Virus record (IMG/VR): IMGVR_UViG_3300042865_000182
Coordinates: 1 to 64,000 of that record
Source: a virus
Length of the DNA: 64,000 nt
Strand: one strand, 5' to 3'
The notes beneath the pieces are model-generated. The model did not search any database, was not told the DNA's origin, and saw nothing but the letters and a program-made list of their open reading frames with translations. The translations under genes were made by a program, and so were the position numbers. Shown here piece after piece: positions 34,488-44,400 of this stretch. The stretch's first letter is position 1. Each line of letters opens with the position of its first letter.

Positions 34488-36865
34488 TGGCTGGAATTCC
34501 TTACTATAGCATTACACCTTGTTGTCCTGATTTAGGTACACCAACTGGTTTTTTTAATATTCCAGATGCATTATTAAGTAATGATGTATATGTGTATAAT
34601 GGACCTACTGCTGTAGTAAATGGAGTGTTGTTTATATCTGGGTTTTGTTACTCAATAGAGTATGAAGGTCTTTCTATTACAAACTATAATGATGCACCAA
34701 CTCCAGCAACATATACATCAGCAGATAAAACATGTAATTTTTCTGGTTGTGCAGAATGTGATTCTATAGGATCATATCTTTTTGAAGTGTATGCCTGCTG
34801 TGATTCATCTGAAGTAGTTACATTAAACTTAGATGCTGACTTCACAACAGATGCTGTTTATTCATATGATGGACTTGTTCCATTTACTGTGGGTGGATTT
34901 ACATTTGAACCAAATAGTTGTTATCAAATTACATTTGCAGGTGTTGGAACTGGAACCGCAGGTCCTGATTTTAGAGACTTTTCTTTTCAAGGACCAAATT
35001 GTTTTACTACTGAAAACTGTCCAGATTGTCCAACAACAGATCAATACTTAGCATTTGCTTCTTGTTGTAGTAATACAATAGTATACTTAAGACCACATTC
35101 TACAAGTGACTATTTAGAAGGAGTATATGAATACTTAGGAACTCCTGTGAATGGTTTACAAAATATATGTTATAGTCTTACTATACATGATGTAGGTGTA
35201 GCACCTATTGATGACATTGCAGAGTATGCAGCACTACCAGAAGCTCCTGCATTTGTAGAAGATGTTACATTCAATACATTCTCTGATACTAATACAAACT
35301 GTGCTGATTACTCATTAGAATGTCCATCATGTAAAAAACCATGTTACACGCTTTACAGCTGTGATGGAATATTTTTTAATACTACTGTAGACATGTCAGA
35401 TTATGTTGGAACTTTTGTTTCAATATCCAATTCTGATGGTCCAATAGCTGGTACTTGGTATGTACTTGTAAATGCTGGTAATTGTAATAATGCTATAGAA
35501 GATATAACTGTAGATTTAACTCCACCTGAACCCTGTGACTGTAGATGTTTTGAAGTTACTGGTTTTGCAAAAAATATAATTTACATTAACTGTGATGGTG
35601 AACTAGTTAAAACATTTGGCTCTGCTAAGTTCTGTGCATTTACATATCCTTTTGTAACAGGAACTGCTGGACAGTATCAAGTAACTGAAGGAGGTAAATG
35701 TGTAGATGGTGAATGTCCTATTCTATGTTATAAGCTATCAAACTGTGATACAGGTGAAATTATCTATTCTACATTACAAAGTTTATCTCAGTATGTAACT
35801 ACATCAACAGTAATACAAATTGCTGGATATGATGGTTGTTGGCAAGTTGACATTTCAGAAGAAGCATGTGATTGTCCAGTAAATGTAATTGTTGTAAAAG
35901 AATTTACATCTTGTCCAGACTGTTTACCTATAGTAGCATACAAACTTACAAACTGTGAAAACTCATCTGATATAAAATATACTTACCAAGACTTATCTTT
36001 GTTTGTTGGAGAGTATATTAAAACAGAAGACTGTGGTTGTTTCTTTGTAGAACTTATAGATTTCCAACCGCCCAGCATAACTACAGTAGTTATACTAACT
36101 TCATTTACATCTTGTCCAGATTGTCTTAGACAATATTATGCCCTAGTAGATACTTGTAATAGAATAGAAGATACTGTATACACATATACAGACCTATCTG
36201 CTTATCTTGGTCAAATAATTAAAATACAAGGTTGTGATACTTGTTGGACGGTTGAGGAAACAGAAGTACCAATAAATCCAGGAATAGTTACTGTAAATGG
36301 TTTAGCATATGAAACTTGTGAAGAGTGTACACCCCCATTACCATGCTTATGTAATAGAATGACCAATTACAGTAGTACTGATAAAGAATACCAGTATATA
36401 GACTGCAATGATAATACAATAAATTTAAAACTAGGTGCAGGAGAAACTAGCGGTAAAATTTGTGTTAAAACTTGGGTGGTAGATTATCCTGATACAGATA
36501 ATTTAGAAGTATTTGGAGAATGTGAATTAACTAATACACCGGATGTTTATACTTGTCCAATAGTAACTCCTAAAAGAAAAATTAAACCAGGGTACTCTGT
36601 TCCAACATGTGATACAGAAAAATGGGAGAACATAACTTGTAGATCATCTGAGATATTATACAAACAAGTGATGACTCTTAGATATGGGATAAGCAACTGC
36701 TGTCCTGATGAAGATGACAAATGGTTAATTAAAAAAGAGCTAATAGATTTAGCTGCATTAGTTGATCCAGATTATGTTTGCGCACCTGTTCAGTCTTGTG
36801 GTTGTCCACCAAGCTCATGTGGGTGCGGATGTAACAGTACACTTAAGACTTGTAATTCTCAATAA
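34487..36865 (+). CDS. Very Cys-rich repeat-containing virion protein (792 aa)
   Basis: Repeated modules Y.L..C....Y...DLS.Y.G......CW.V.....F.SCPDC. Confidence 0.75.
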   Translation: MAGIPYYSITPCCPDLGTPTGFFNIPDALLSNDVYVYNGPTAVVNGVLFISGFCYSIEYEGLSITNYNDAPTPATYTSADKTCNFSGCAECDSIGSYLFEVYACCDSSEVVTLNLDADFTTDAVYSYDGLVPFTVGGFTFEPNSCYQITFAGVGTGTAGPDFRDFSFQGPNCFTTENCPDCPTTDQYLAFASCCSNTIVYLRPHSTSDYLEGVYEYLGTPVNGLQNICYSLTIHDVGVAPIDDIAEYAALPEAPAFVEDVTFNTFSDTNTNCADYSLECPSCKKPCYTLYSCDGIFFNTTVDMSDYVGTFVSISNSDGPIAGTWYVLVNAGNCNNAIEDITVDLTPPEPCDCRCFEVTGFAKNIIYINCDGELVKTFGSAKFCAFTYPFVTGTAGQYQVTEGGKCVDGECPILCYKLSNCDTGEIIYSTLQSLSQYVTTSTVIQIAGYDGCWQVDISEEACDCPVNVIVVKEFTSCPDCLPIVAYKLTNCENSSDIKYTYQDLSLFVGEYIKTEDCGCFFVELIDFQPPSITTVVILTSFTSCPDCLRQYYALVDTCNRIEDTVYTYTDLSAYLGQIIKIQGCDTCWTVEETEVPINPGIVTVNGLAYETCEECTPPLPCLCNRMTNYSSTDKEYQYIDCNDNTINLKLGAGETSGKICVKTWVVDYPDTDNLEVFGECELTNTPDVYTCPIVTPKRKIKPGYSVPTCDTEKWENITCRSSEILYKQVMTLRYGISNCCPDEDDKWLIKKELIDLAALVDPDYVCAPVQSCGCPPSSCGCGCNSTLKTCNSQ

Positions 36866-36883
36866 TAATTAGTATATTATAAT

Positions 36884-38749
36884 ATGAAACCATTAAACTT
36901 AGATAATAGACCATGTAGCCCAATATCAAGTAATTGTGTGATATGGCAAGGTCCAGATATTCCGTGTATCAAATTATGTACAGGAGACACTGTATCTGAT
37001 GTAGTATTTAAACTAGCAACAGAACTATGTACTATAATGGATACATTGAAAATTACAAACTATGATTTATCATGTTTTAATTTAGCAGCGTGTCCACCAC
37101 AAGACTTTCAAGAACTTATACAGTTTCTTATAAATAAAATATGTGAGCTAGAAGGTTTACCAACTATAAGAGATAACCCTACATCAACATGTCCAGACTG
37201 TGTGGTTAATGTAGCATCATGTTTTGTTGTAGGTACACAAACCACTATGCAACTAGTAGATTATGTAAGAATGATTGGTGAAAGAGTTTGCGCACTTGTA
37301 AATGAAATAATTGACTTACAAAATCAAATTAATAATCTAGACATAAGAGTAACTGTTCTTGAATCTGCACCTCCACCTGTTACACCCACACCCACAATAA
37401 TTATTAACTGTAATATTGGAACACTAGTATCAGGAAACTCTTATCCAATTGATCAAGTACTAAATCAATTAATTAATAGTGTTTCAAATGGATATTGTTC
37501 TTTAATAAGTGTACTTGGCACTCCTTCTGAAATTGGTAACTCATTAGTTCCAGCTTGTGCATTTGGTACAGATGTAACAACAGATCCAAACTGGACACCA
37601 GTACCAACTACACTTGCAGAAAGTATTACAAATGCCTGGATAGTTATTTGTGATTTATATAGTATTATAACTTCTGGTTTATTTTCAACAGCTGATACAA
37701 ATAGTATAAACTTAGATTTTACAGCTGGAGTATTGACTGCAAATATTCAAGATACAGGGTGGGAAAATTTAGAAGGTTTTGATTTTTATACTGGAAGTAT
37801 GGCAACTAACAAGCCACAGTGTAGAAGAATAGGAAACCAAATTATTTTTAGAGGTAATGTGTATGTACCAATTAACAATGGTTTTGGAGCAGCTGTGCCA
37901 TTAACGGCAACTAATACATATGACACAATATATAGATCTAATCCTTTTATTGGTACTTCTGGAGTGATATTGGATGCACAAGGTAGAATTCTTTTTAATA
38001 GTACTGGTGGTGGTGCTGCATCAGTAATACCAACTACAGTTCTTGATGCTGGTACAAATTTAGATAATCAATATTCTGCTCCTCAACTTATTGCTAATAG
38101 AAAGTTAGTAGTTGAACAACAATCATCAAGTGGTGTTACAGGATCAGTTTTATTAAATGCTGCGGTAAACTTAACAATATTACCAAATAAAACATTAAGG
38201 TTAGCACCATTGGAGGTTATTGAACAAGAGCCAACTGATATGGTACCATTTATAGGTAACTCATTATTAAGAAGTCTAACAAGCTCATTTACACCAAGAT
38301 CAAGAGTGATTGATTTTACTAATTTTGTAAAACAACTTGATGGTAATATGAGTTTGGATCAACAACCATTAAACGGTTTAGGCGGTGCAAGTTTAATAAT
38401 AGGAAACTTATACAAAATAGAAACCTATACTCCTGGTGATGACTTTACAAATGTTGGTGCTGCAGTTAATACAGATAATCAAACATTTATTGCAAGTGGT
38501 ACAACACCAACTACATGGACTACATCAGTATTAATCCCATTATCAAATGCATTATTCTATAATACTTTTTATAATAATATCGCTCCAAGCTACAGTGGTG
38601 CTCAATGGCCTGCAATATCAGATTTAGTTACTACTCAATTTGATGCAGCTAGAGCTTCTAATCTTGGTGGATTTATAGTAAGACTTGATGGATTGTCAGC
38701 ATATGTAGATCCATGTACAACAGATATTAAAAATTATTCTTGTCCTTAA
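36884..38749 (+). CDS. Putative tail fibre protein with Cys-rich N-terminus
   Basis: Cys-rich N-terminus, short coiled coil, DTGWENL...RRIGNQIIFRG fibre-tip-like motif. Confidence 0.6.
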   Translation: MKPLNLDNRPCSPISSNCVIWQGPDIPCIKLCTGDTVSDVVFKLATELCTIMDTLKITNYDLSCFNLAACPPQDFQELIQFLINKICELEGLPTIRDNPTSTCPDCVVNVASCFVVGTQTTMQLVDYVRMIGERVCALVNEIIDLQNQINNLDIRVTVLESAPPPVTPTPTIIINCNIGTLVSGNSYPIDQVLNQLINSVSNGYCSLISVLGTPSEIGNSLVPACAFGTDVTTDPNWTPVPTTLAESITNAWIVICDLYSIITSGLFSTADTNSINLDFTAGVLTANIQDTGWENLEGFDFYTGSMATNKPQCRRIGNQIIFRGNVYVPINNGFGAAVPLTATNTYDTIYRSNPFIGTSGVILDAQGRILFNSTGGGAASVIPTTVLDAGTNLDNQYSAPQLIANRKLVVEQQSSSGVTGSVLLNAAVNLTILPNKTLRLAPLEVIEQEPTDMVPFIGNSLLRSLTSSFTPRSRVIDFTNFVKQLDGNMSLDQQPLNGLGGASLIIGNLYKIETYTPGDDFTNVGAAVNTDNQTFIASGTTPTTWTTSVLIPLSNALFYNTFYNNIAPSYSGAQWPAISDLVTTQFDAARASNLGGFIVRLDGLSAYVDPCTTDIKNYSCP

Positions 38750-38761
38750 AAAAATTAAATA

Positions 38762-39004
38762 ATGGCAACAACAAATACATGTAAAAAATGCGGATGTGAA
38801 GATAGCTTTATGCCAAGTCCTGCACCATGTCCTACACCACAAGGATGTCCTAATCCAGAACCATGTTCTGAAGTTATAGATGCTCAGTGTGTCATCTATA
38901 CAGGTCCAAATATTATGTGTGGTCAACAAGTATTAATTGCAACAAACACAGACCTTGCTACAGCCTTAGAAGCTATAGTGACTCAATTGTGTGCCCCTGC
39001 ATAA
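38762..39004 (+). CDS. Small Cys-rich protein paralogous to the N-terminus of 36884..38749
   Basis: PCSEVIDAQCVIYTGPNIMC vs PCSPISSNCVIWQGPDIPC. Confidence 0.75.
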   Translation: MATTNTCKKCGCEDSFMPSPAPCPTPQGCPNPEPCSEVIDAQCVIYTGPNIMCGQQVLIATNTDLATALEAIVTQLCAPA

Positions 39005-39044
39005 AGACGTTACAGGTTGTTGGTTTCTGTGACAACAAGGCAAT

Positions 39045-39075
39045 GACCCTCACACTTGTGGGGGTTTTGTTTTTT
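39045..39075 (+). terminator. Intrinsic terminator
   Basis: ACCCTCAC/GTGGGGGT stem plus T run. Confidence 0.75.
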
Positions 39076-39124
39076 AGTTACATTTGCTAGTCTCATTTAT
39101 TTTTAGTATATTAATAGTAATAGT

Positions 39125-39706
39125 ATGGATGGATTTAAAAAGCCTGATGTAAAAGCTCCAAGATTTAGACCAGATGTGCACCATGTTCTAAATAAAGAGT
39201 TCTTTGAAATGTTTAAGAAAAAATATTCTAAATATAAGGATATAGATAACCAGTTATTAAAAACAATAATTAGAAAATTTAATAATGCAGTTTACAACAC
39301 CGTAATAGAAAAGAGAGATGGTGTTCAACTTCCTGAACAAATTGGATGGATATTTATTGGAACATGTCAAGAAAGTAAAAAGAAAAACATTGATTTTGTT
39401 AAATCAAATAAATATGGTGTAACTGTAACTAATAAAAATTGGGATACTGATGGTAAACTTGCTAAAATATTTTTTACAAATCATGCTCCAAAACATAAAA
39501 TGAAAAATAGAGAATTTTGGACTTTTGTAGCTTGTAGAGAATTTAAAAGAAAAGTATCTAAAACTTATCCTGAAAATTGGAATATGTATGTTGTTGTTGA
39601 CCCAACAGCAAAACTTAGACAGACATATCAAAAAGCAATATTTAAACAAACAATTGCTGAAAAAACAAAAAGAGAATTAAAAACATATAATGAATTTGAC
39701 TTATGA
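39125..39706 (+). CDS. Divergent IHF/HU-like protein of the tail module
   Basis: Basic; IIRKFN....VIEKRDGVQLPEQIGWIFI; precedes the ring genes as in crAss-like phages. Confidence 0.5.
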   Translation: MDGFKKPDVKAPRFRPDVHHVLNKEFFEMFKKKYSKYKDIDNQLLKTIIRKFNNAVYNTVIEKRDGVQLPEQIGWIFIGTCQESKKKNIDFVKSNKYGVTVTNKNWDTDGKLAKIFFTNHAPKHKMKNREFWTFVACREFKRKVSKTYPENWNMYVVVDPTAKLRQTYQKAIFKQTIAEKTKRELKTYNEFDL

Positions 39707-40365
39707 CAACAATAGGTGAAGCCATATCAAGAATAAGAAATGCTCTTAAAGCAGTTAAAGAAGATGCATTCTTAACTGATAGAACAATCTATTTTGCTCT
39801 TAGTAAGTATGCAAAGACATTGATTAAAAGAGAAGACAACCAATTTAGATTGATGAAGATGAGTCAGATCTTTCAAGTTCTTCCATATATAGAACTGATT
39901 GATGTAGATAAAGTAGAAGCAGGTTGTATTGGTGTATACTCAGAATGTTATTTTAAAAGATCTAAAGATAAATTACCAAGTATATTAGATGGAATGTTTG
40001 GTCCTATTATCCGTACAGTATCTTCTATAGATGGTTCTATAGAAATGTTTAGAACAGATCCTGGTACTTGGGTTTCTATAACTAAGTCAAGTACATTTAA
40101 ATATAATAAGAGACCATACTTCTGGTATCTTAATGGATATCTATATGCACCTAACATAGATTGGGATGCTGTAAGAATGGAAGCTATATTTGAAAATAAA
40201 GTTGAAACTTGTGATACTAATCCATGTTTAATAAAACAAGATGAGGTATTAGCAATTCCAGACTATTTATTTTCAGAAGCTGAACAGTTTGTATTAAAAG
40301 AATTAACCATGATTGCTCAAATGCCAACTGATGGTGCTGATGACAGTCAAAACTCATTAAGATAA
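39703..40365 (+). CDS. Putative tail ring protein
   Basis: 220 aa; synteny; YFWYLNGYLY...AIFEN. Confidence 0.6.
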   Translation: MTTIGEAISRIRNALKAVKEDAFLTDRTIYFALSKYAKTLIKREDNQFRLMKMSQIFQVLPYIELIDVDKVEAGCIGVYSECYFKRSKDKLPSILDGMFGPIIRTVSSIDGSIEMFRTDPGTWVSITKSSTFKYNKRPYFWYLNGYLYAPNIDWDAVRMEAIFENKVETCDTNPCLIKQDEVLAIPDYLFSEAEQFVLKELTMIAQMPTDGADDSQNSLR

Positions 40366-41408
40366 TGGATTTTAATTATACTCTCCGTTACAGGCCTTTT
40401 GATCAACTCTTAGAAGATGTATCAATAGACATGAATACTTTGGCTCTTGAGAATATGATAGAGCCTCAGCAATTAATAAAAGTTGCTAAAAAGATAAATT
40501 ATGATCTAGGTCTTAGAATAAATCAAACAAGAGAAGTTATTCTTGAAGTTTGTCATAATAAAGTAAAACTACCTGATAACTTTTATACATTTAATTTTGC
40601 TTTTATATGTGGAGAGTATGAAGATCATGTTGGTTATGGCGGTATGTCTGGTGGTACTAACATTCAAGAAGTACCATACAAAGAAGCTCCATCCACAGTA
40701 GATCAGTGTGCACCACCTACAGTAAACTGTAGATCATGTAATGCTAACCCATGTAAACATACAGCAGCCTGTGATCTTAATTATCCTATAGTAGATCCAA
40801 TACCAACTGAGTATGATCCTAATAATCCTTATGGTAATACATGTGTACCACCAAGAGTATTCATGAACTGTAAAGGTGAGAAGTGGGAGCTAATCCAAAT
40901 ATTAAATACTGGGGCCACAAGAAAATATTCTAGACTTATTCCGCTAAGAATGAAAGCAAGTCAAGAAATAGAATGTGACTGTCCTAATCTATATTATGAT
41001 ACAGCAAATCAAGCTTGGATAAAAGATGGATTTTTATTTACAACATTTGAAACTGGTAAAGTATATCTTAATTATCAAGGAGCTATGGAAGATGAGGCTG
41101 GTAACTTACTTGTTCCAGATCATGATCTTCTCAATGATTATTATGAGTATGCAATAAAACAAAGACTACTTGAAAACTTATTTATGAATGGAGAAGATGT
41201 TTCTGCAAGACTACAACTTGTAGAACAAAGATTAAGGGCTGCAAGAAATCAAGCACTTAGTTTAGTAAATACTCCAAACTTTAAAGAACTAGAACAAATG
41301 TGGTGGACAAATAGAAAAGCTATGTATAATAAATATTATGACATGTTTAAAAGCTATTCTCCAAATAAAGCATTTTACGGTATTAATGGTGTATCTAGAG
41401 TATTATAA
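40365..41408 (+). CDS. Putative tail tubular/ring protein (P22 gp4-like position)
   Basis: VKLPDNF...FLFTTFETGKVYLNY....DE.G.LLVPD; directly precedes the stabilisation protein. Confidence 0.6.
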   Translation: MDFNYTLRYRPFDQLLEDVSIDMNTLALENMIEPQQLIKVAKKINYDLGLRINQTREVILEVCHNKVKLPDNFYTFNFAFICGEYEDHVGYGGMSGGTNIQEVPYKEAPSTVDQCAPPTVNCRSCNANPCKHTAACDLNYPIVDPIPTEYDPNNPYGNTCVPPRVFMNCKGEKWELIQILNTGATRKYSRLIPLRMKASQEIECDCPNLYYDTANQAWIKDGFLFTTFETGKVYLNYQGAMEDEAGNLLVPDHDLLNDYYEYAIKQRLLENLFMNGEDVSARLQLVEQRLRAARNQALSLVNTPNFKELEQMWWTNRKAMYNKYYDMFKSYSPNKAFYGINGVSRVL

Positions 41409-41410
41409 TC

Positions 41411-44400
41411 ATGGCAGAAGAAAAAGGAAATTTAAATACTAGTAAGACTAACACCTTTATAAAGGGTCTTCATAAAGATAGCGATCCTGCATTTATTCAG
41501 GAAGGAATGTGGACATATGCAAGAAATGCAGTTAATAACACTATTGAAGGTGATGTAGGAACAATATCTAATGAAGCATCAAATGCTCTGTGTGCAAAAG
41601 CAGGAGAAACAATACCGCCTACACATCCTTATAAATATATTATAGGTATGATTCATTTATTTACAGATAAATGGATTGTGTACACAGCATCTCATATTAA
41701 TGAAACATCTATTGCTCCTGGAGTATCTGAAATAGGTTTATATGAAGAACAGTCTTGTACATACAGACCAATAGTTCAAGATAAATGTTTGGGTTTTAGT
41801 AAATCTCATTTAATATCTGGAGCTGCTAGAGAAAAAGAAGATTGTACATGGCAAGTATATTGGGCTGATGGTTTTAATCCTGATAGATATCTGAATGTTG
41901 GTGATCCAAAAACTTGGCCAGGTCCAGATTATGTTTGGTTAGGTGGAGCAAATGTAAACTATTATTCTAACGGTACTGTTGTAGATTTTCTTTGGCCAGG
42001 TGTTCCTTGGGTTGAAAAAATTAAAAATATCGGTGCTTGTGAATTTACTAAATATGATAATATCTTAGATTGTGATAAAACTAGACTAGCAAGATTAATG
42101 AACACACCTTGTCTGAACTTAAGTCTTGGTGATGGATCTGGATCTTTAGAGAATGGTAGTTATTATGCAGTTATAGCATATACTATAAAAGGAGAAAAGA
42201 TATCAGACTATTTTGCAGCTAGTAATGTACAACCTGTTTATACAACTATTTCTGCACAAGGATCTTTACAATTAGCAGTTGAAGCTGATACAGAAAATTT
42301 TGATGAATTTCAACTTGTACTTGTTGCAAATATAAATGAAAATACTATAGCAAGAATTATTGGATACTATTCTACAAATACTAAAAACATATTTATAGAT
42401 CAGTATAAACCAAGTTTAGAGTCAATTGATATAACTCTTATACCTTTGCTAACTCCTGTTTTTGAGAAGTCAGATCAAATGACACAGCTCAATAGTTATC
42501 TTCTTAGAATTGGACCTACAACTAAATTTGATTTTAACTATCAACCATTAGCTAATTTAATTGAAGCTGAGTGGGTTTCAGTAGAATATCCGGCCGCATA
42601 TTATTTTAAAGGAGGCTCAAAGACTAATTACATGAGAGATGAGAATTATGCATTTTTCATAAGATGGGTGTATAACACAGGAGATAAGTCTGCTTCATAT
42701 CATATTCCAGGAAGAGCTCCTGAAAATTGGGGACCTGCACCAGGCATTCCTGAAAATGAACCTTATACTAATTCAGACAGTTTTCCAGGAGATGTTGATT
42801 TATTTCAAACTATAAATACTGCTTACCAAACTTCATTTGCTACAAGTATATTAGATGATGGTGGTAAAGTTATTGCATCAGGTAAAATGGGTTATTGGGA
42901 GTCTACGGAAAGATATCCAGATAATAGACCTAATATATGGAATTCAAGTTACTATGTATGGACAGGTAAATATAATAACCCTAGCACAAACTATGATCTT
43001 TGTGGTTTACCAATAAGACATCACAAGTTTCCTGAAAATGTATTATATAGTAACACTACAGGTCAATTAACAAATTCTACAGCCTCATATCATTTTATAA
43101 AAGATGTTGCAACAAATGCACTCTATATAAGGATGATGGCTGTTCAATTTAAAAATATTATATATCCAAAAGATAATGATGGTAATGATATTCCAGGAAT
43201 TGTTGGTTATGAAATTCTAAGAGGATCAAGAGATGGTAACAGAAGTATAATTGCCAAAGGGATGCTAAACAACTTTAGAACTTATAATAGAGTTGGTGTT
43301 CCCGGTAATACTAGAACAGGTCTTTATGCAAACTATCCTTATAATACCATTATTCCAATAGGTAATGATACAACTGGTCATGATCAATATTATAATGATC
43401 CATTTATAAAGTCTGTTGATACAAATAACAATGTATTAAATCAATCTGTACCCATTAACATAACAAGTTTTCATTCACCAGATACAAGCTTTAGAACACC
43501 TTACTTATCAGCAATAGAGTTAAAAATCTATGGTCACTTATCTGGGTTAGCCCTGCAAAGATTTATTGAACCACAAGGTCATCCTAAGTTTAAATTAATG
43601 ACTAATGATGCTTTATGGATTATTATTATAGCTGGTGTAATTGATGTATTACTTAGAACATCAGGTGAGAAAAAAATAAATTATCCACAAGGTAGTTTTA
43701 CTCAACAATTTCAATTACCTTTTGCAGGAGGTATATCCTCACCATTAGCTATTCCATTAAATGTAGTAGGTGCATCTGGAGCAGCTCTTGCAAATACTAC
43801 ATTCACAAGTTTATTTAATACATATGATGGTTTAGGTGGTTTTATTGTAGATGCTTTTGCTGGAGTAGATAATCTTGTTCCTTTGTTTAAAACACATGAT
43901 GCTTCAATGCTTTCTGCTGGTGGAACATATAATCCAATTAATTATGAAAAGTCTTTAACTGCATTTTCACAATTACCAACATGGACACAAGTATTATTAA
44001 ATGTTGTTGGTGGAGTTAGTCAAATTGCATTTTTCTTTTTAGAAGGAGCACTTGCAGCACAAGATTTATTATATGCAATTGGACCATATAGACAATATGC
44101 ATTACAACTTATAGGTCATGGTCTATATGATACATTTAATCCATTCACTATAACAGATACTAAAAGATTTAAAATTGCAGATGCATCATACATTTTTAAA
44201 AACATCTCATTTGAAATTGATGATTATAATGATACAATAACAGGTAATCCAACTCAAAAGTATACTATTAATAATTATAAAAGATCTCAGTTGTTAATGT
44301 TAAGAACTGAGAGAGCAAATATACCAACCACCGATGGTCCTAAGTTACTAGTTACAGGTGGTGTTGGTTTGGATCAATCACTTGGTAGCTTAGGTATGTT

